Positions 8,960 to 17,663 of a DNA stretch of 64,000 nt are shown piece by piece. The DNA is from a virus, in IMG/VR virus record IMGVR_UViG_3300037461_001312, positions 8,037 to 72,036 of that record; one strand, given 5' to 3'. A program made the translations under genes and the position numbers. Positions within the stretch are counted from its first letter, which is position 1. Each line of letters begins with the position of its first letter. The notes beneath the pieces are model-generated. The model did no database searches. It had not been told where the DNA came from and saw only the letters and a program-made list of their open reading frames with translations.

Positions 8960-9705
8960 TAATCGTAGACGCGCGCGTCGGAAGTAAGGAGCTTATCGGT
9001 CATTTTGCAAAAGGTGTGGCCCGACTAGACCATCTTGAGTTCGCCGATGCGGCCTTCACCGGTCTAAAAGGCGATTCAATAGTAACTATTGGAGTCGAGC
9101 GCAAGGCACTGAGTGATCTCTTGTCCTCCATGCAGAGCGGTAGACTCGCAGGAGTACAGTTGCCTGGGATGAGAGCCTGCTATGACGTAATGTATCTGGT
9201 TGTTGAGGGGGTCTGGAAAGCCGACCAAAGTGGTAGGATATTAATTCCGAGGGGGGGATCCTGGTACCCATTCCACCTCGGCCGGCGCCAGTTCACGACC
9301 CGAGAACTCGATGGCTTCATCAATTCACTGTGTGTCGAGGCTGGCGTACTAGTACGGGAAACCCACGGCATCCACCAGACCGCCATGCTTATCTATAACC
9401 TATCCCGGTGGTGGAGCAAGAAGGAGCACATGTCGCTGCTTGCTATACACAAGCACCGCTTTCCGGATGACCCCATGAGTGGGATATTATTTCAGCCTCC
9501 GTCACTTCTGCGGAGAATGAGTTCAGAGCTTAAAGGCGTAGGGTGGAAACGTTCAAAAGATGTAGCCGACCATTTCAAATCTGTTAAGGACATGATCGAG
9601 GCAGGAGAAGAAGAATGGTTGAAGATACCGGGTATAGGAAAGGTACTAGCCAAAAGCGTTGTGGAAGAATTGACCTCAGTGGCCGACGATTCCACAGGCT
9701 CTTAG
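8956..9705 (+). CDS. ERCC4 (XPF/Mus81-like) structure-specific nuclease with C-terminal HhH
   Basis: IIVDAR N-terminus, GVERKALSDL (ERKxxxD), IPGIGKVLAK helix-hairpin-helix. Confidence 0.85.
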   Translation: MIIVDARVGSKELIGHFAKGVARLDHLEFADAAFTGLKGDSIVTIGVERKALSDLLSSMQSGRLAGVQLPGMRACYDVMYLVVEGVWKADQSGRILIPRGGSWYPFHLGRRQFTTRELDGFINSLCVEAGVLVRETHGIHQTAMLIYNLSRWWSKKEHMSLLAIHKHRFPDDPMSGILFQPPSLLRRMSSELKGVGWKRSKDVADHFKSVKDMIEAGEEEWLKIPGIGKVLAKSVVEELTSVADDSTGS

Positions 9706-10271
9706 CCCTTACTCCAGAATCAGACGGCAGGTGGAAATGCCAATGTGACTGCGGCCGCACCACTATTACGAGATCACGTTATTTAAGATCCGGAAAGGCA
9801 AAAAGCTGTGGGTGCTTGCGGGCGGAGAGATTCGTTAAAGCAGTTACAAAACACCATAAAAGCAGCAGCAGAACATACGCCGTTTGGAGAGCACTGAAGC
9901 AGCGCTGTACTAATCCAAAAAACAAGGGCTTCAACAACTACGGGGGTAGGGGCATTACCTTGTGTAGCTCTTGGCATGACTTCTCAAACTTCTTAAAGGA
10001 CATGGGCGAGGCCCCTCCTGGCAGGTGCATAGAGCGCTTGGATAATAACAAAGGGTATTACCGTGAAAACTGTGCATGGAAAACGTACACAGACCAAAAC
10101 AGAAATAAACGGGACAATAGAATACTAAGGCACAAAGGCAAAGCCATGTGCCTATCTCAGTGGTCTGAAGAAACTGGGTTGAAAAGCATCACTATCCTAC
10201 ACAGGATAGACTACTTGGGGTGGAACGTAGGCAAGGCACTGTCTACACCGGCTGCTCCTTGGGGAAGATGA
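9615..10271 (+). CDS. HNH-family homing endonuclease
   Basis: WKCQCDCG, KSCGC, YGGRGITLC..W..F..F..DMG, ERLDNNKGY..ENC.W pattern. Confidence 0.85.
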   Translation: MVEDTGYRKGTSQKRCGRIDLSGRRFHRLLALTPESDGRWKCQCDCGRTTITRSRYLRSGKAKSCGCLRAERFVKAVTKHHKSSSRTYAVWRALKQRCTNPKNKGFNNYGGRGITLCSSWHDFSNFLKDMGEAPPGRCIERLDNNKGYYRENCAWKTYTDQNRNKRDNRILRHKGKAMCLSQWSEETGLKSITILHRIDYLGWNVGKALSTPAAPWGR

Positions 10272-12829
10272 TGACCTGCCAACTGTGTGAACTGCACAAG
10301 ACCTGTAAGCAAATGGTCTGGGGCGACGGGCCCGTCGACACGGGACTAGTGCTCCTGGGCGAGGCTCCGGGCGAGGAGGAGGACGCCAGCGGACTGCCCT
10401 TCGTGGGCAAGGCAGGCCGCGAGGTGGACAACCAGTACCTGCTGCGGTTCACTAGAGTCCTGCGCCACGAGTGGTACGTGACCAACGTGGTCAAGTGTCG
10501 CCCGCCAGGCAATCGCACTCCTAAGGCTGACGAGATCGCCATGTGCAGTCGCCACCTGCAGTGCGAGCTGGACACCATCCGCCCGCGAGTGATAGGAGCC
10601 CTAGGCAAGACTGCCTCGTCCTATCTCCTCGGCTCTGATGTGGACATGGAGATGCTGCACGGCATCCCCCAGCGCGGTGCGAACGACGTGATCATCGTCC
10701 CAATGTATCATCCTGCCGCGGGGCTGCACGATCCGAGCAAGACGATCCCTATCCAGCGCGACTTCGAGATGCTGGGGAAGGTGGTGAGGGGTGAGGCACG
10801 GCCTGAGATGTGGAGAGACGAGATCGAGCACCCGGACTACAAAGGCTTCCTCTCTGAACCTAAGCCCTTCATGGACGTCTTGGCTATAGACACAGAGACA
10901 TACGTGAATGGAGAGCTGTTCTCGGTCCAGACATGCCGCCGCCCCGGGTCAGCCACGTTCCGCACCAAGCACCAACTGCCAGTGATCCCGGAAATAGACG
11001 CTGCCTTACTAGTCATGCACAATGCGCTGTTCGACCTTCCGGTATTGCGTGATGCCGATTGCAGGATATCCTCGAAGATCATGGACACGATGGTGATGGC
11101 CTACGTCCTCCAAGACGAGCCGCAGGGACTCAAGACCCTCGCCTACCGCCACTGCGGGATGCAGATGAATACGTTCGCCGAACTCGTGCGCCCGGCTCAG
11201 AGGGACAAGGCCAAGGCGTACCTGCACAGGGTCATCCGCGCGTCCTGGCCGGAGCCGAAGCAGATCCTCGTGTGGAACGGGGACGAGCCGCGGCTCAAGA
11301 AGCCGTGGCCGCTGGCCCGCAAGGCCGCCTCCATAGTCAAGGCGTATGTCAAGGACCCGGGAGTAGACATGTACGCCCGCTGGCAGCAGATCCCCGCGGA
11401 GGAAGGGCGCCAGCTGGCGGAGTCCCGCCTAGGGCCCATGCCCCGCGCGGGCATAGAGCATGTCCCCCTGGGCGAGGCGATCGCCTACGCCTGCCGCGAT
11501 GCGGACGCGACCTACCGCATCTTCCCCAAGCTGTGGTCAAGAGTGAAAGAGCACGGGCTGGAGCAGGCATTCTGGATAGACATGGGCATCGTCGACATGG
11601 TCATAGACATGATGGCGTATGGCATGCCGACACAGCCCCACAAGTTCCTCGCCCTCGCCTCCGAGTTCGCCCTCCACGCGGACGAGGTGGAGTCGGAGAT
11701 CTCCAAGCTCGTGGGACACTACGTGAACCCTGGCAGCAGTCAGCAGGTCGCGAGACTATTATTCACCACTCTCGGGCTCAAGAGCAAGAAGAAGAGCAAG
11801 AAGACGGGAGACGACAGCACCGACCAGAAGTACCTGGAACAGATGCGGGGGCAGCATGAGGTCGTGGGTCGCATACTCGACTGGCGCAAGACCAAGAAGC
11901 TGCAGACAACATACGCGGAGTCCCTGCCACGACTCGTAGACTCCGCCGGGCGCATACATCCAAGGATCAAAACCACACGGACTAGTACTGGTCGACTCGC
12001 CATGACTCCAAACTTACAGAACATTCCTGTACGTTCTGAGGAAGGCAGGATGATACGAGATTGCTTCGTTACTTCCGATGACCATACCTTTCTCAGTATG
12101 GACTACGCTGGGATTGAACTACGCGTACTCGCCCATCTGTCTGAAGACGCCCGCATGTTGGAAGTGTATCGGAACAACGGGGATTTGCACGCGGAAACAG
12201 CTAAGCTCATCTTTGGGGTTGATAAGAAGGACCAAGATCCTTACAAGCATCGCATCCCAGCGAAGACTACTAACTTCTCTATAGTGTATGGGGTGTCTGC
12301 CCTGGGGCTCAGAGACAGTATCATAAAGAATGGCGGCCGAGAAGAGGATTGGCCAGAGGAGCAGTGTGAACACCTTATTGCCGAGTGGTTCAAGGCGTAC
12401 CCGGGAGTAAAGCAATTCATGATTCTGCAAGAGACGAGAGCGAGGCGCTATGGGTATGTGTGGGATATGTTTGGCAGGATACGCAGGATTCCAGGGGTGT
12501 TCTCGTCTGTTCCGTCTGTAGTTGCTGGAGCTCTTCGCGAGGCTGGGAATCAACCAGTACAGGCCACAGCACAGGAGATCATGAAGATCGCTATGGCAGA
12601 TCTGACGCCTGTGTACCAACAGTGGGTAGCTGAGGGATGGTATGCCAAGCCCATCAACCAAGTCCACGATGATCTGATGTGGGAGCTCGAGCTGGGAGTT
12701 GCCAAAGAAGTATACACCGTGTGCAAGATCATAATGGAGAATGCAGTACGGCTCAGCGTGCCTGTTCGTGCTGATGGGAAGAAAGGACAATCATGGGGGA
12801 GCATGAAGGAGATCACGGAATGGAACTGA
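10268..12829 (+). CDS. polA: Family A DNA polymerase with N-terminal family-4 uracil-DNA glycosylase domain
   Basis: UDG: CQLC..C, GEAPGEEED, PFVGKAG, NVVKCRPPGNR, HPAA. Exonuclease: IDTET, HNALFD, YACRD. Polymerase: TGRL, DYAGIELR, KTTNFSIVYG, QVHDDL. Start refined to ATG 10268 (ATGA overlap). Confidence 0.95.
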   Translation: MMTCQLCELHKTCKQMVWGDGPVDTGLVLLGEAPGEEEDASGLPFVGKAGREVDNQYLLRFTRVLRHEWYVTNVVKCRPPGNRTPKADEIAMCSRHLQCELDTIRPRVIGALGKTASSYLLGSDVDMEMLHGIPQRGANDVIIVPMYHPAAGLHDPSKTIPIQRDFEMLGKVVRGEARPEMWRDEIEHPDYKGFLSEPKPFMDVLAIDTETYVNGELFSVQTCRRPGSATFRTKHQLPVIPEIDAALLVMHNALFDLPVLRDADCRISSKIMDTMVMAYVLQDEPQGLKTLAYRHCGMQMNTFAELVRPAQRDKAKAYLHRVIRASWPEPKQILVWNGDEPRLKKPWPLARKAASIVKAYVKDPGVDMYARWQQIPAEEGRQLAESRLGPMPRAGIEHVPLGEAIAYACRDADATYRIFPKLWSRVKEHGLEQAFWIDMGIVDMVIDMMAYGMPTQPHKFLALASEFALHADEVESEISKLVGHYVNPGSSQQVARLLFTTLGLKSKKKSKKTGDDSTDQKYLEQMRGQHEVVGRILDWRKTKKLQTTYAESLPRLVDSAGRIHPRIKTTRTSTGRLAMTPNLQNIPVRSEEGRMIRDCFVTSDDHTFLSMDYAGIELRVLAHLSEDARMLEVYRNNGDLHAETAKLIFGVDKKDQDPYKHRIPAKTTNFSIVYGVSALGLRDSIIKNGGREEDWPEEQCEHLIAEWFKAYPGVKQFMILQETRARRYGYVWDMFGRIRRIPGVFSSVPSVVAGALREAGNQPVQATAQEIMKIAMADLTPVYQQWVAEGWYAKPINQVHDDLMWELELGVAKEVYTVCKIIMENAVRLSVPVRADGKKGQSWGSMKEITEWN

Positions 12830-13332
12830 AGACGAAGAACGGATACACTTTTTACATAGATGATGAAGACGTTGCTATAGTATCGAAATATAAGTGGTAC
12901 GGGTATACCCCAAAACGGTACAGGAAGGACGGAGGAGTATCGTACTATAAACCGTTCATTCAAGCCAATGACAGAGCTAACAGCAGTACGATAAGACTTC
13001 ATCGCCTGGTGATGAACGCTCCAAAAGGCACAGAGATAGACCATATAGATGGAGATAGATGCAACAATCGGAAGAGGAACCTGAGATGCTGCACTGGCCT
13101 CCAAAATAAGAGAAACAGATCAAAGAACACAAACAATACCAGTGGATTTAAAGGAGTAACCTGGCACAAGAAAGCAGGAAAATGGGAGGCGCAATTGCAG
13201 AGAGGTGCCAGACATTCTTATTTGGGATTGTTTGAACGAAGAGAAGAGGCGGCCCGGGCCTATAACAAAGCTGCACTAGAGTGGCATGGGGAGTTCGCTA
13301 AACTCAATGAGATAAAGGAGGAGGAGATATGA
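12820..13332 (+). CDS. HNH-AP2 homing endonuclease
   Basis: LHRLVM, DHIDGDRCNNRKRNLR, NNTSGFKGV, AP2-like W.A....YLGLF...EEAARAYN. Confidence 0.9.
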   Translation: MELKTKNGYTFYIDDEDVAIVSKYKWYGYTPKRYRKDGGVSYYKPFIQANDRANSSTIRLHRLVMNAPKGTEIDHIDGDRCNNRKRNLRCCTGLQNKRNRSKNTNNTSGFKGVTWHKKAGKWEAQLQRGARHSYLGLFERREEAARAYNKAALEWHGEFAKLNEIKEEEI

Positions 13333-13541
13333 GCATAGAGTATGGGGACAGATTCAGGAAGAACCTTCGCAGGCTTATCCGTGAGGCCGGGGTAACTCAG
13401 CGTGAATTAGCTATTGCCTCTGGCGTGACCCAAGCCTCGATAAGCCAATACCTGAGCGGGGAGAGGCTTCCATCCGCGCCCCTGCTCTATAGACTGGCCC
13501 GTGGTCTGGATTCGACCATGGACGAACTGTGGTGGCTATGA
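13329..13541 (+). CDS. XRE-family HTH regulator
   Basis: LRRLIREAGVTQRELAIASGVTQASISQYLSGERLP. Confidence 0.9.
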   Translation: MSIEYGDRFRKNLRRLIREAGVTQRELAIASGVTQASISQYLSGERLPSAPLLYRLARGLDSTMDELWWL

Positions 13542-13678
13542 TCCACTTCTCCCTGCGCATGGGCACCTTGGCACTCTATTGCATAGAGCGGATAGTGGCA
13601 TACTTCATAAGTCTCCGCTTCTCAGAGCGAAGACACAGGACAAGGAGGAGATCCAATGAACATAGAGTCTTACAGTGA
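13538..13678 (+). CDS. Small ORF (46 aa) below the track cut-off
   Basis: MIHFSLRMGTLALYCIERIVAYFISLRFSERRHRTRRRSNEHRVLQ; ATGA-coupled to the HTH stop. Confidence 0.35.
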   Translation: MIHFSLRMGTLALYCIERIVAYFISLRFSERRHRTRRRSNEHRVLQ

Positions 13679-14081
13679 TGTACTGGAGAACACCAGGTAC
13701 CTGCCCATTGTCAACGACGCGTACAGCTTCACCGTGCTCTACAGCGTGCCGGTGACGGCGGAGCCCACGGACTTGATCATCGTCCTGGCGCAGGCGGAGC
13801 TCAGCAACCCTTACAAGTTCAACATCGGCCTTGGGCGCTACATCAGCCGATGCACGTCGCCGACCGACGCAGTAGGCCGTCGCGTCGCACCGGCCACGAT
13901 GGAGAACGTAACCCCGGAGATGCACCACAAGGTGCTGCTCAACTGGGCAGTCGACACGGGCGTCTCGGGATTGGTGTATTACAACTACATAGCCTACGCC
14001 GCCGGGTTCGGCAACTGCGGCAACATGATCGTGGAGCAGGGCTATGGCAAGCTGTCCGTGATCGTGGTGAAGAGGCCGTAG
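13656..14081 (+). CDS. Hypothetical protein
   Basis: AAGGAGG RBS, strong GC3 bias. Confidence 0.75.
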   Translation: MNIESYSDVLENTRYLPIVNDAYSFTVLYSVPVTAEPTDLIIVLAQAELSNPYKFNIGLGRYISRCTSPTDAVGRRVAPATMENVTPEMHHKVLLNWAVDTGVSGLVYYNYIAYAAGFGNCGNMIVEQGYGKLSVIVVKRP

Positions 14082-14102
14082 CGAAAGATAAGGAGGAGAT
14101 GG

Positions 14103-14516
14103 ATGACTGTACCCGTAAGCAACAAGGCAGAGGCGCTCAAGTCCGCCGTCGAGGGGACTAAGGCCAAGGTGGACCTGAGCAAGGCGAGCTGGCTGGACAA
14201 GCAGCTGGTCGAGGACCTGCGCAGCGCGATACGCGAGCGCGCGCACATCAAGACTAAAGAGGAGAGCCTCGAGGTGGCCAAGAAGGACGTGATCTCCCAG
14301 ATAGAAGTATTACTCAATACTCTCGGCATCGAGTCCGCGCTGGACCCGAGGGTAGGCAGTGTCACGGCATACACCCAGCAGAGATCTAGCCTGAACCAGG
14401 GGAAGCTGAAGGAGGAGCTGTTGAAGGCGGGGCTGCCAGCGGAGACGATCGTCAAGTGCTTTACCAAGGCGACGACGTATACCGAGTCGTCGGGATTGAA
14501 GTTTACACCGGTGTGA
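14103..14516 (+). CDS. Hypothetical protein
   Basis: AAGGAGG RBS, strong GC3 bias. Confidence 0.75.
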   Translation: MTVPVSNKAEALKSAVEGTKAKVDLSKASWLDKQLVEDLRSAIRERAHIKTKEESLEVAKKDVISQIEVLLNTLGIESALDPRVGSVTAYTQQRSSLNQGKLKEELLKAGLPAETIVKCFTKATTYTESSGLKFTPV

Positions 14517-14521
14517 TCACG

Positions 14522-14642
14522 CGTGGCGGTAGTAGGGTAGCAGTGAGGGCATCCGATGAACACACCTCTTGAGGTCATGTAGCTACAGGCTGATAGGGGA
14601 TCAGAGCAGGATGAGCGACCTGGCCTACCCGAACCCGCCACG
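14522..14642 (+). ncRNA. Candidate structured non-coding RNA or 5' leader
   Basis: CGTGGCGG/CCGCCACG closing helix, UAGUA/GAAC loop-E-type internal loop, GGGTAG/CTACCC, CATCC/GGATG, hairpins ACCTC-TT-GAGGT and CTGAT-AGGGG-ATCAG. Confidence 0.55.
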
Positions 14643-14660
14643 ATTAAAGGAGGTGTGGAA

Positions 14661-14849
14661 ATGAGAGATCCAAGAATGGACGAAATAAACACTCCTGAAT
14701 TTGAAGCCGTATGGCAGTGTATTAGACATTGGGATATAGGAGTTCCAGAGGATATAACCGAAGAGGGAGGACAATCTTACTCACACGGGACTGGAACCCA
14801 TGTTATAACCATACTAGATGCATTGAGAAAAGCAAATTGTCTAAAGTGA
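14661..14849 (+). CDS. Hypothetical protein
   Basis: AAGGAGG 7 nt upstream of ATG 14661. Confidence 0.7.
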   Translation: MRDPRMDEINTPEFEAVWQCIRHWDIGVPEDITEEGGQSYSHGTGTHVITILDALRKANCLK

Positions 14850-14884
14850 GTGACTTCGCCCCAGGCGGGCGAAAGGAGGATGGG

Positions 14885-15346
14885 ATGAATACAGAATTTG
14901 AAGTTTTGACAGATACGCTTTTGCACATCGGAGAAGTACAAGAGAATATGGAAATCTTTGTAGGAGAACTACGGCAGCGGGGCCTTGCACACGACAGAAG
15001 CAAACTTCAGGAATTAGAATTTGATGCTTTTGTTTCAACCCGACCGAAGTTCAAAAAAGCGAACTACGGAAGTCCTGAGTATCAGGAATGTGTTGATGCT
15101 ATCAAACCGGCGATTGACCACCACTATAAGCACAATAGGCACCACACAGCTTTTCACTCAGAAGGTATCAACGAAATGAACCTCATTGACATCCTTGAAA
15201 TGATAGCCGATTGGAGAGCCGCAGCGAGAAGAAGCCCGAATCAAACCTTTGAACAGTCATTGGATTATGCGTTTAAGAAGTATCAGATAGGCGAACAACT
15301 GAAGGGGATTATATTGCATACGCTCAAAGATTTGAATTGGGTGTAG
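14885..15346 (+). CDS. DUF5662-like (HD-related) phage protein
   Basis: HDRSKL, HHYKHNRHH, EMIADW motifs; start MNTEF at 14885 with GGAGG RBS. Confidence 0.75.
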   Translation: MNTEFEVLTDTLLHIGEVQENMEIFVGELRQRGLAHDRSKLQELEFDAFVSTRPKFKKANYGSPEYQECVDAIKPAIDHHYKHNRHHTAFHSEGINEMNLIDILEMIADWRAAARRSPNQTFEQSLDYAFKKYQIGEQLKGIILHTLKDLNWV

Positions 15347-15357
15347 GAGGTCCAACC

Positions 15358-15684
15358 ATGAACGATGTGAACAGTAAAATAGCAACCCTTATAATGGGAT
15401 GGCATAAAAACGGTGTTTGGTGGGAGGACGGGAATACTATCGAGCTACTCGGAACTGGAGAAATAGGAGTTGACTACTTCGACCCCATTCACCGGATCGA
15501 GTACGCGTGGATGGTGGTAGAGAAAATAGAATCACGAAAATTCATTATTGAGCGAAAATATGACAGATGGCTCTGCAATATCCAAGACAAAACCGGAAAG
15601 TGGTTTGATGTTGACCCGCAAGCCACCGCACAAGAGGCGATATGCCTAGCCGCACTCAAGGCGAAGGAGGTGGAGAATGAGTGA
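15358..15684 (+). CDS. Phage ABA-sandwich-like protein
   Basis: IATLIMGW...FDPIHRIEYAWMVVEK...AICLAALKA pattern. Confidence 0.65.
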   Translation: MNDVNSKIATLIMGWHKNGVWWEDGNTIELLGTGEIGVDYFDPIHRIEYAWMVVEKIESRKFIIERKYDRWLCNIQDKTGKWFDVDPQATAQEAICLAALKAKEVENE

Positions 15685-16048
15685 GAGACTTTTTGCAATT
15701 TATGAGACTAATCAGATTAGCTCAATCGGACTACCGACAATCACCGAGAGCGACTTGTTTCATCGGCTTGTTATGGTTACTGATTGGATAGGCTTTAAAG
15801 AAACTACACCAGATGTAATACAGGGTGCTATCAACATTCTAATCCACGGCGATGGGGAGAAGGTGCCTAGAGTAAAACGGAATGATGGCAAGTATGCCGA
15901 GTATGACCCTGAGCAGCCCTCCCCCACCCCTACACGGGCAGAGTGGGAAGATTTTGCTCACAGGCTTACAACGGCTATACACGCTGATGGAGGGTGGACT
16001 AGCATTTACAGCGCCATCCTCTCCATGCCCATCGTGCCGAAGGAGTAA
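15677..16048 (+). CDS. Hypothetical protein
   Basis: RBS GGAGGTGGAG; overlap-coupled. Confidence 0.65.
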   Translation: MSERLFAIYETNQISSIGLPTITESDLFHRLVMVTDWIGFKETTPDVIQGAINILIHGDGEKVPRVKRNDGKYAEYDPEQPSPTPTRAEWEDFAHRLTTAIHADGGWTSIYSAILSMPIVPKE

Positions 16049-16072
16049 GTCGCAATAGAAAGGAGGACTAGT

Positions 16073-16798
16073 ATGGGCGTAGTACTAGGCACACTGACTA
16101 CCAAGGACGGGCAGGTTATCCCGCTGCCCACTGCGGCGGACGCGCTAGACGAACCGGTAGTGGACGAATACAGAAAGGAGGAGGAGAGGAAGTATTCCAA
16201 GTGCATACACAGGCCGGTGACCCATGGCGTATGGGACAACTCGTGGCAGCCCAAGCCGGTCACGAGGCCGGTCGCGTTGTACTTACTCAAGACTCAAAAC
16301 CTAAGACTACAGGGGGAAACTATGAAACCAAAAAGCGTTTACAACACGAACCAGTACAAGGTATTCGAGTACATCTTCAAGCACCCGAACGAGTGGCTGG
16401 ACACGGAGATGCTGAGCAAGGCGATCGGGATGCCTAGGGACTCCGCCTCGGCCTCGATGACCTACATACGCAGGTTCCTCAAGGACGAGGAGCTGGCAGT
16501 GGAGAAGGACAAGGAGGGCACCAGCGGGAAAGGCAAGTGCATCATGTTCAAGGCGGTGTGCGAAGACCCGGTGGCGGAGTCCAAGCTCTGGTACTCTAAG
16601 TTTCTGGACTACCGCAAGAGGGCCAATAAAAAGCCCGCGGCCAAGGGCGCTAACCCTCAGCCGCAGGCGGTAGCTGCCACGGCGCCTAAGACCAGCAGCC
16701 CGGTCACTCCCGTGCAGGTGGACACCAGCACGATGGAGGCCATCGTCCGCGTGCCTCTCGCCAAGCTGGCCTCGGTGCTGAAGCTGCTCACTTCTTAA
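16073..16798 (+). CDS. Hypothetical protein with possible winged-helix C-terminal part; second in-frame start at 16322
   Basis: RBS AGGAGG at the first start; AGGGGG before ATG 16322. Confidence 0.6.
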   Translation: MGVVLGTLTTKDGQVIPLPTAADALDEPVVDEYRKEEERKYSKCIHRPVTHGVWDNSWQPKPVTRPVALYLLKTQNLRLQGETMKPKSVYNTNQYKVFEYIFKHPNEWLDTEMLSKAIGMPRDSASASMTYIRRFLKDEELAVEKDKEGTSGKGKCIMFKAVCEDPVAESKLWYSKFLDYRKRANKKPAAKGANPQPQAVAATAPKTSSPVTPVQVDTSTMEAIVRVPLAKLASVLKLLTS

Positions 16799-17120
16799 TC
16801 AGCTTGTCCTGCTTCTTCTGCAGCTCTTCCAGCTGAGCCTTCAACTTCTTGTACTGCTCCCGGTCCCTGGCATCAGGCCACTGGGAGCAGTCGGAAGTGT
16901 GTCTCACGTTGCGCTCTTCCAAGGCCCATATCGCCTTCTGAGTCTCGTACAGCTGATCCCCGACGATCTTCTGGTCCAACCGTGTCTGGGTGAGAACCAC
17001 CTCGGAGCGCAGCGCCTCGAGTTCGCTGGCCTTGGCGAAGTACGCGAGAGACCCGCTCACTCCTCCAGCCACGGCAATCACCAGCACGATGGTCGACAGG
17101 TATTCCTTCAGCTTGTTCAT
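16788..17120 (-). CDS. Membrane-anchored coiled-coil protein (i-spanin-like)
   Basis: N-terminal TM (IVLVIAVAGGVSGSLAYFA) then coiled coil; in the lysis cassette. Confidence 0.5.
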   Translation of the reverse strand: MNKLKEYLSTIVLVIAVAGGVSGSLAYFAKASELEALRSEVVLTQTRLDQKIVGDQLYETQKAIWALEERNVRHTSDCSQWPDARDREQYKKLKAQLEELQKKQDKLIKK

Positions 17121-17449
17121 GGCGTTGGCGGCTTCAGGTCATCCTTGCTGGGCAGCACGAACGCCCCGCCCCTCTTGCTGAGGAAGGCATACCCCAGGTC
17201 ACTCATGATGCCAGCGAGGACCCCGTTGATCAACACCTGGTACCAGATCACCTTGGATCCGGCGTATAGGTCCCCGAGGACGGCCAGCACAATGCCTGAC
17301 GCGATGGTGAAGTACTTGATGTACGCGTCCGGGATGCTGGCCTTGAAGTACTGCACCACAGCCAGGGTCAGCACGGCGATGCCGCCGATCTTGGCCATGT
17401 CCAGCCAGGTGGGCAGAATTCCCAATATGTCTTTGATGTCTCCAGTCAT
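17117..17449 (-). CDS. Putative holin
   Basis: 110 aa with about three hydrophobic helices and a charged C-terminus; in the lysis cassette. Confidence 0.6.
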   Translation of the reverse strand: MTGDIKDILGILPTWLDMAKIGGIAVLTLAVVQYFKASIPDAYIKYFTIASGIVLAVLGDLYAGSKVIWYQVLINGVLAGIMSDLGYAFLSKRGGAFVLPSKDDLKPPTP

Positions 17450-17453
17450 GTGA

Positions 17454-17636
17454 TTAGTCCTCCGGCGGTTTCGGCACCAGGTCAGGCCGGTTCGCGTAGA
17501 ACTTCGGCCTCTCCGACGCCATCATTTTGTTTATGTCCTCCTCGGTCAGTCCCGCCTGGGCCGCCAGGGTCAGGTACACCTGCAGCGCCATGCGCACGAC
17601 CTCTATCCCCGCTCCGATGATGATCGGGTCTACCAT
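17454..17636 (-). CDS. Small hypothetical protein
   Basis: GGAGGTG RBS; amphipathic N-terminus. Confidence 0.65.
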   Translation of the reverse strand: MVDPIIIGAGIEVVRMALQVYLTLAAQAGLTEEDINKMMASERPKFYANRPDLVPKPPED

Positions 17637-17663
17637 ACGACACCTCCTTTAGTCTTCGCTCTG

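Noticed and set aside
3711-13541. Temperate lifestyle inferred from two HTH genes
   Set aside because: No integrase, att site or partition genes in the window; HTH genes alone are insufficient
14554-14590. Hammerhead ribozyme (CCGAUGA resembles CUGAUGA)
   Set aside because: No GAAA after the candidate stem II and no properly placed NUH site
14522-14642. 5S rRNA, tRNA, T-box or lysine riboswitch identity for the structured element
   Set aside because: Only the loop-E motif or terminal helix resembles them; their other conserved motifs are absent
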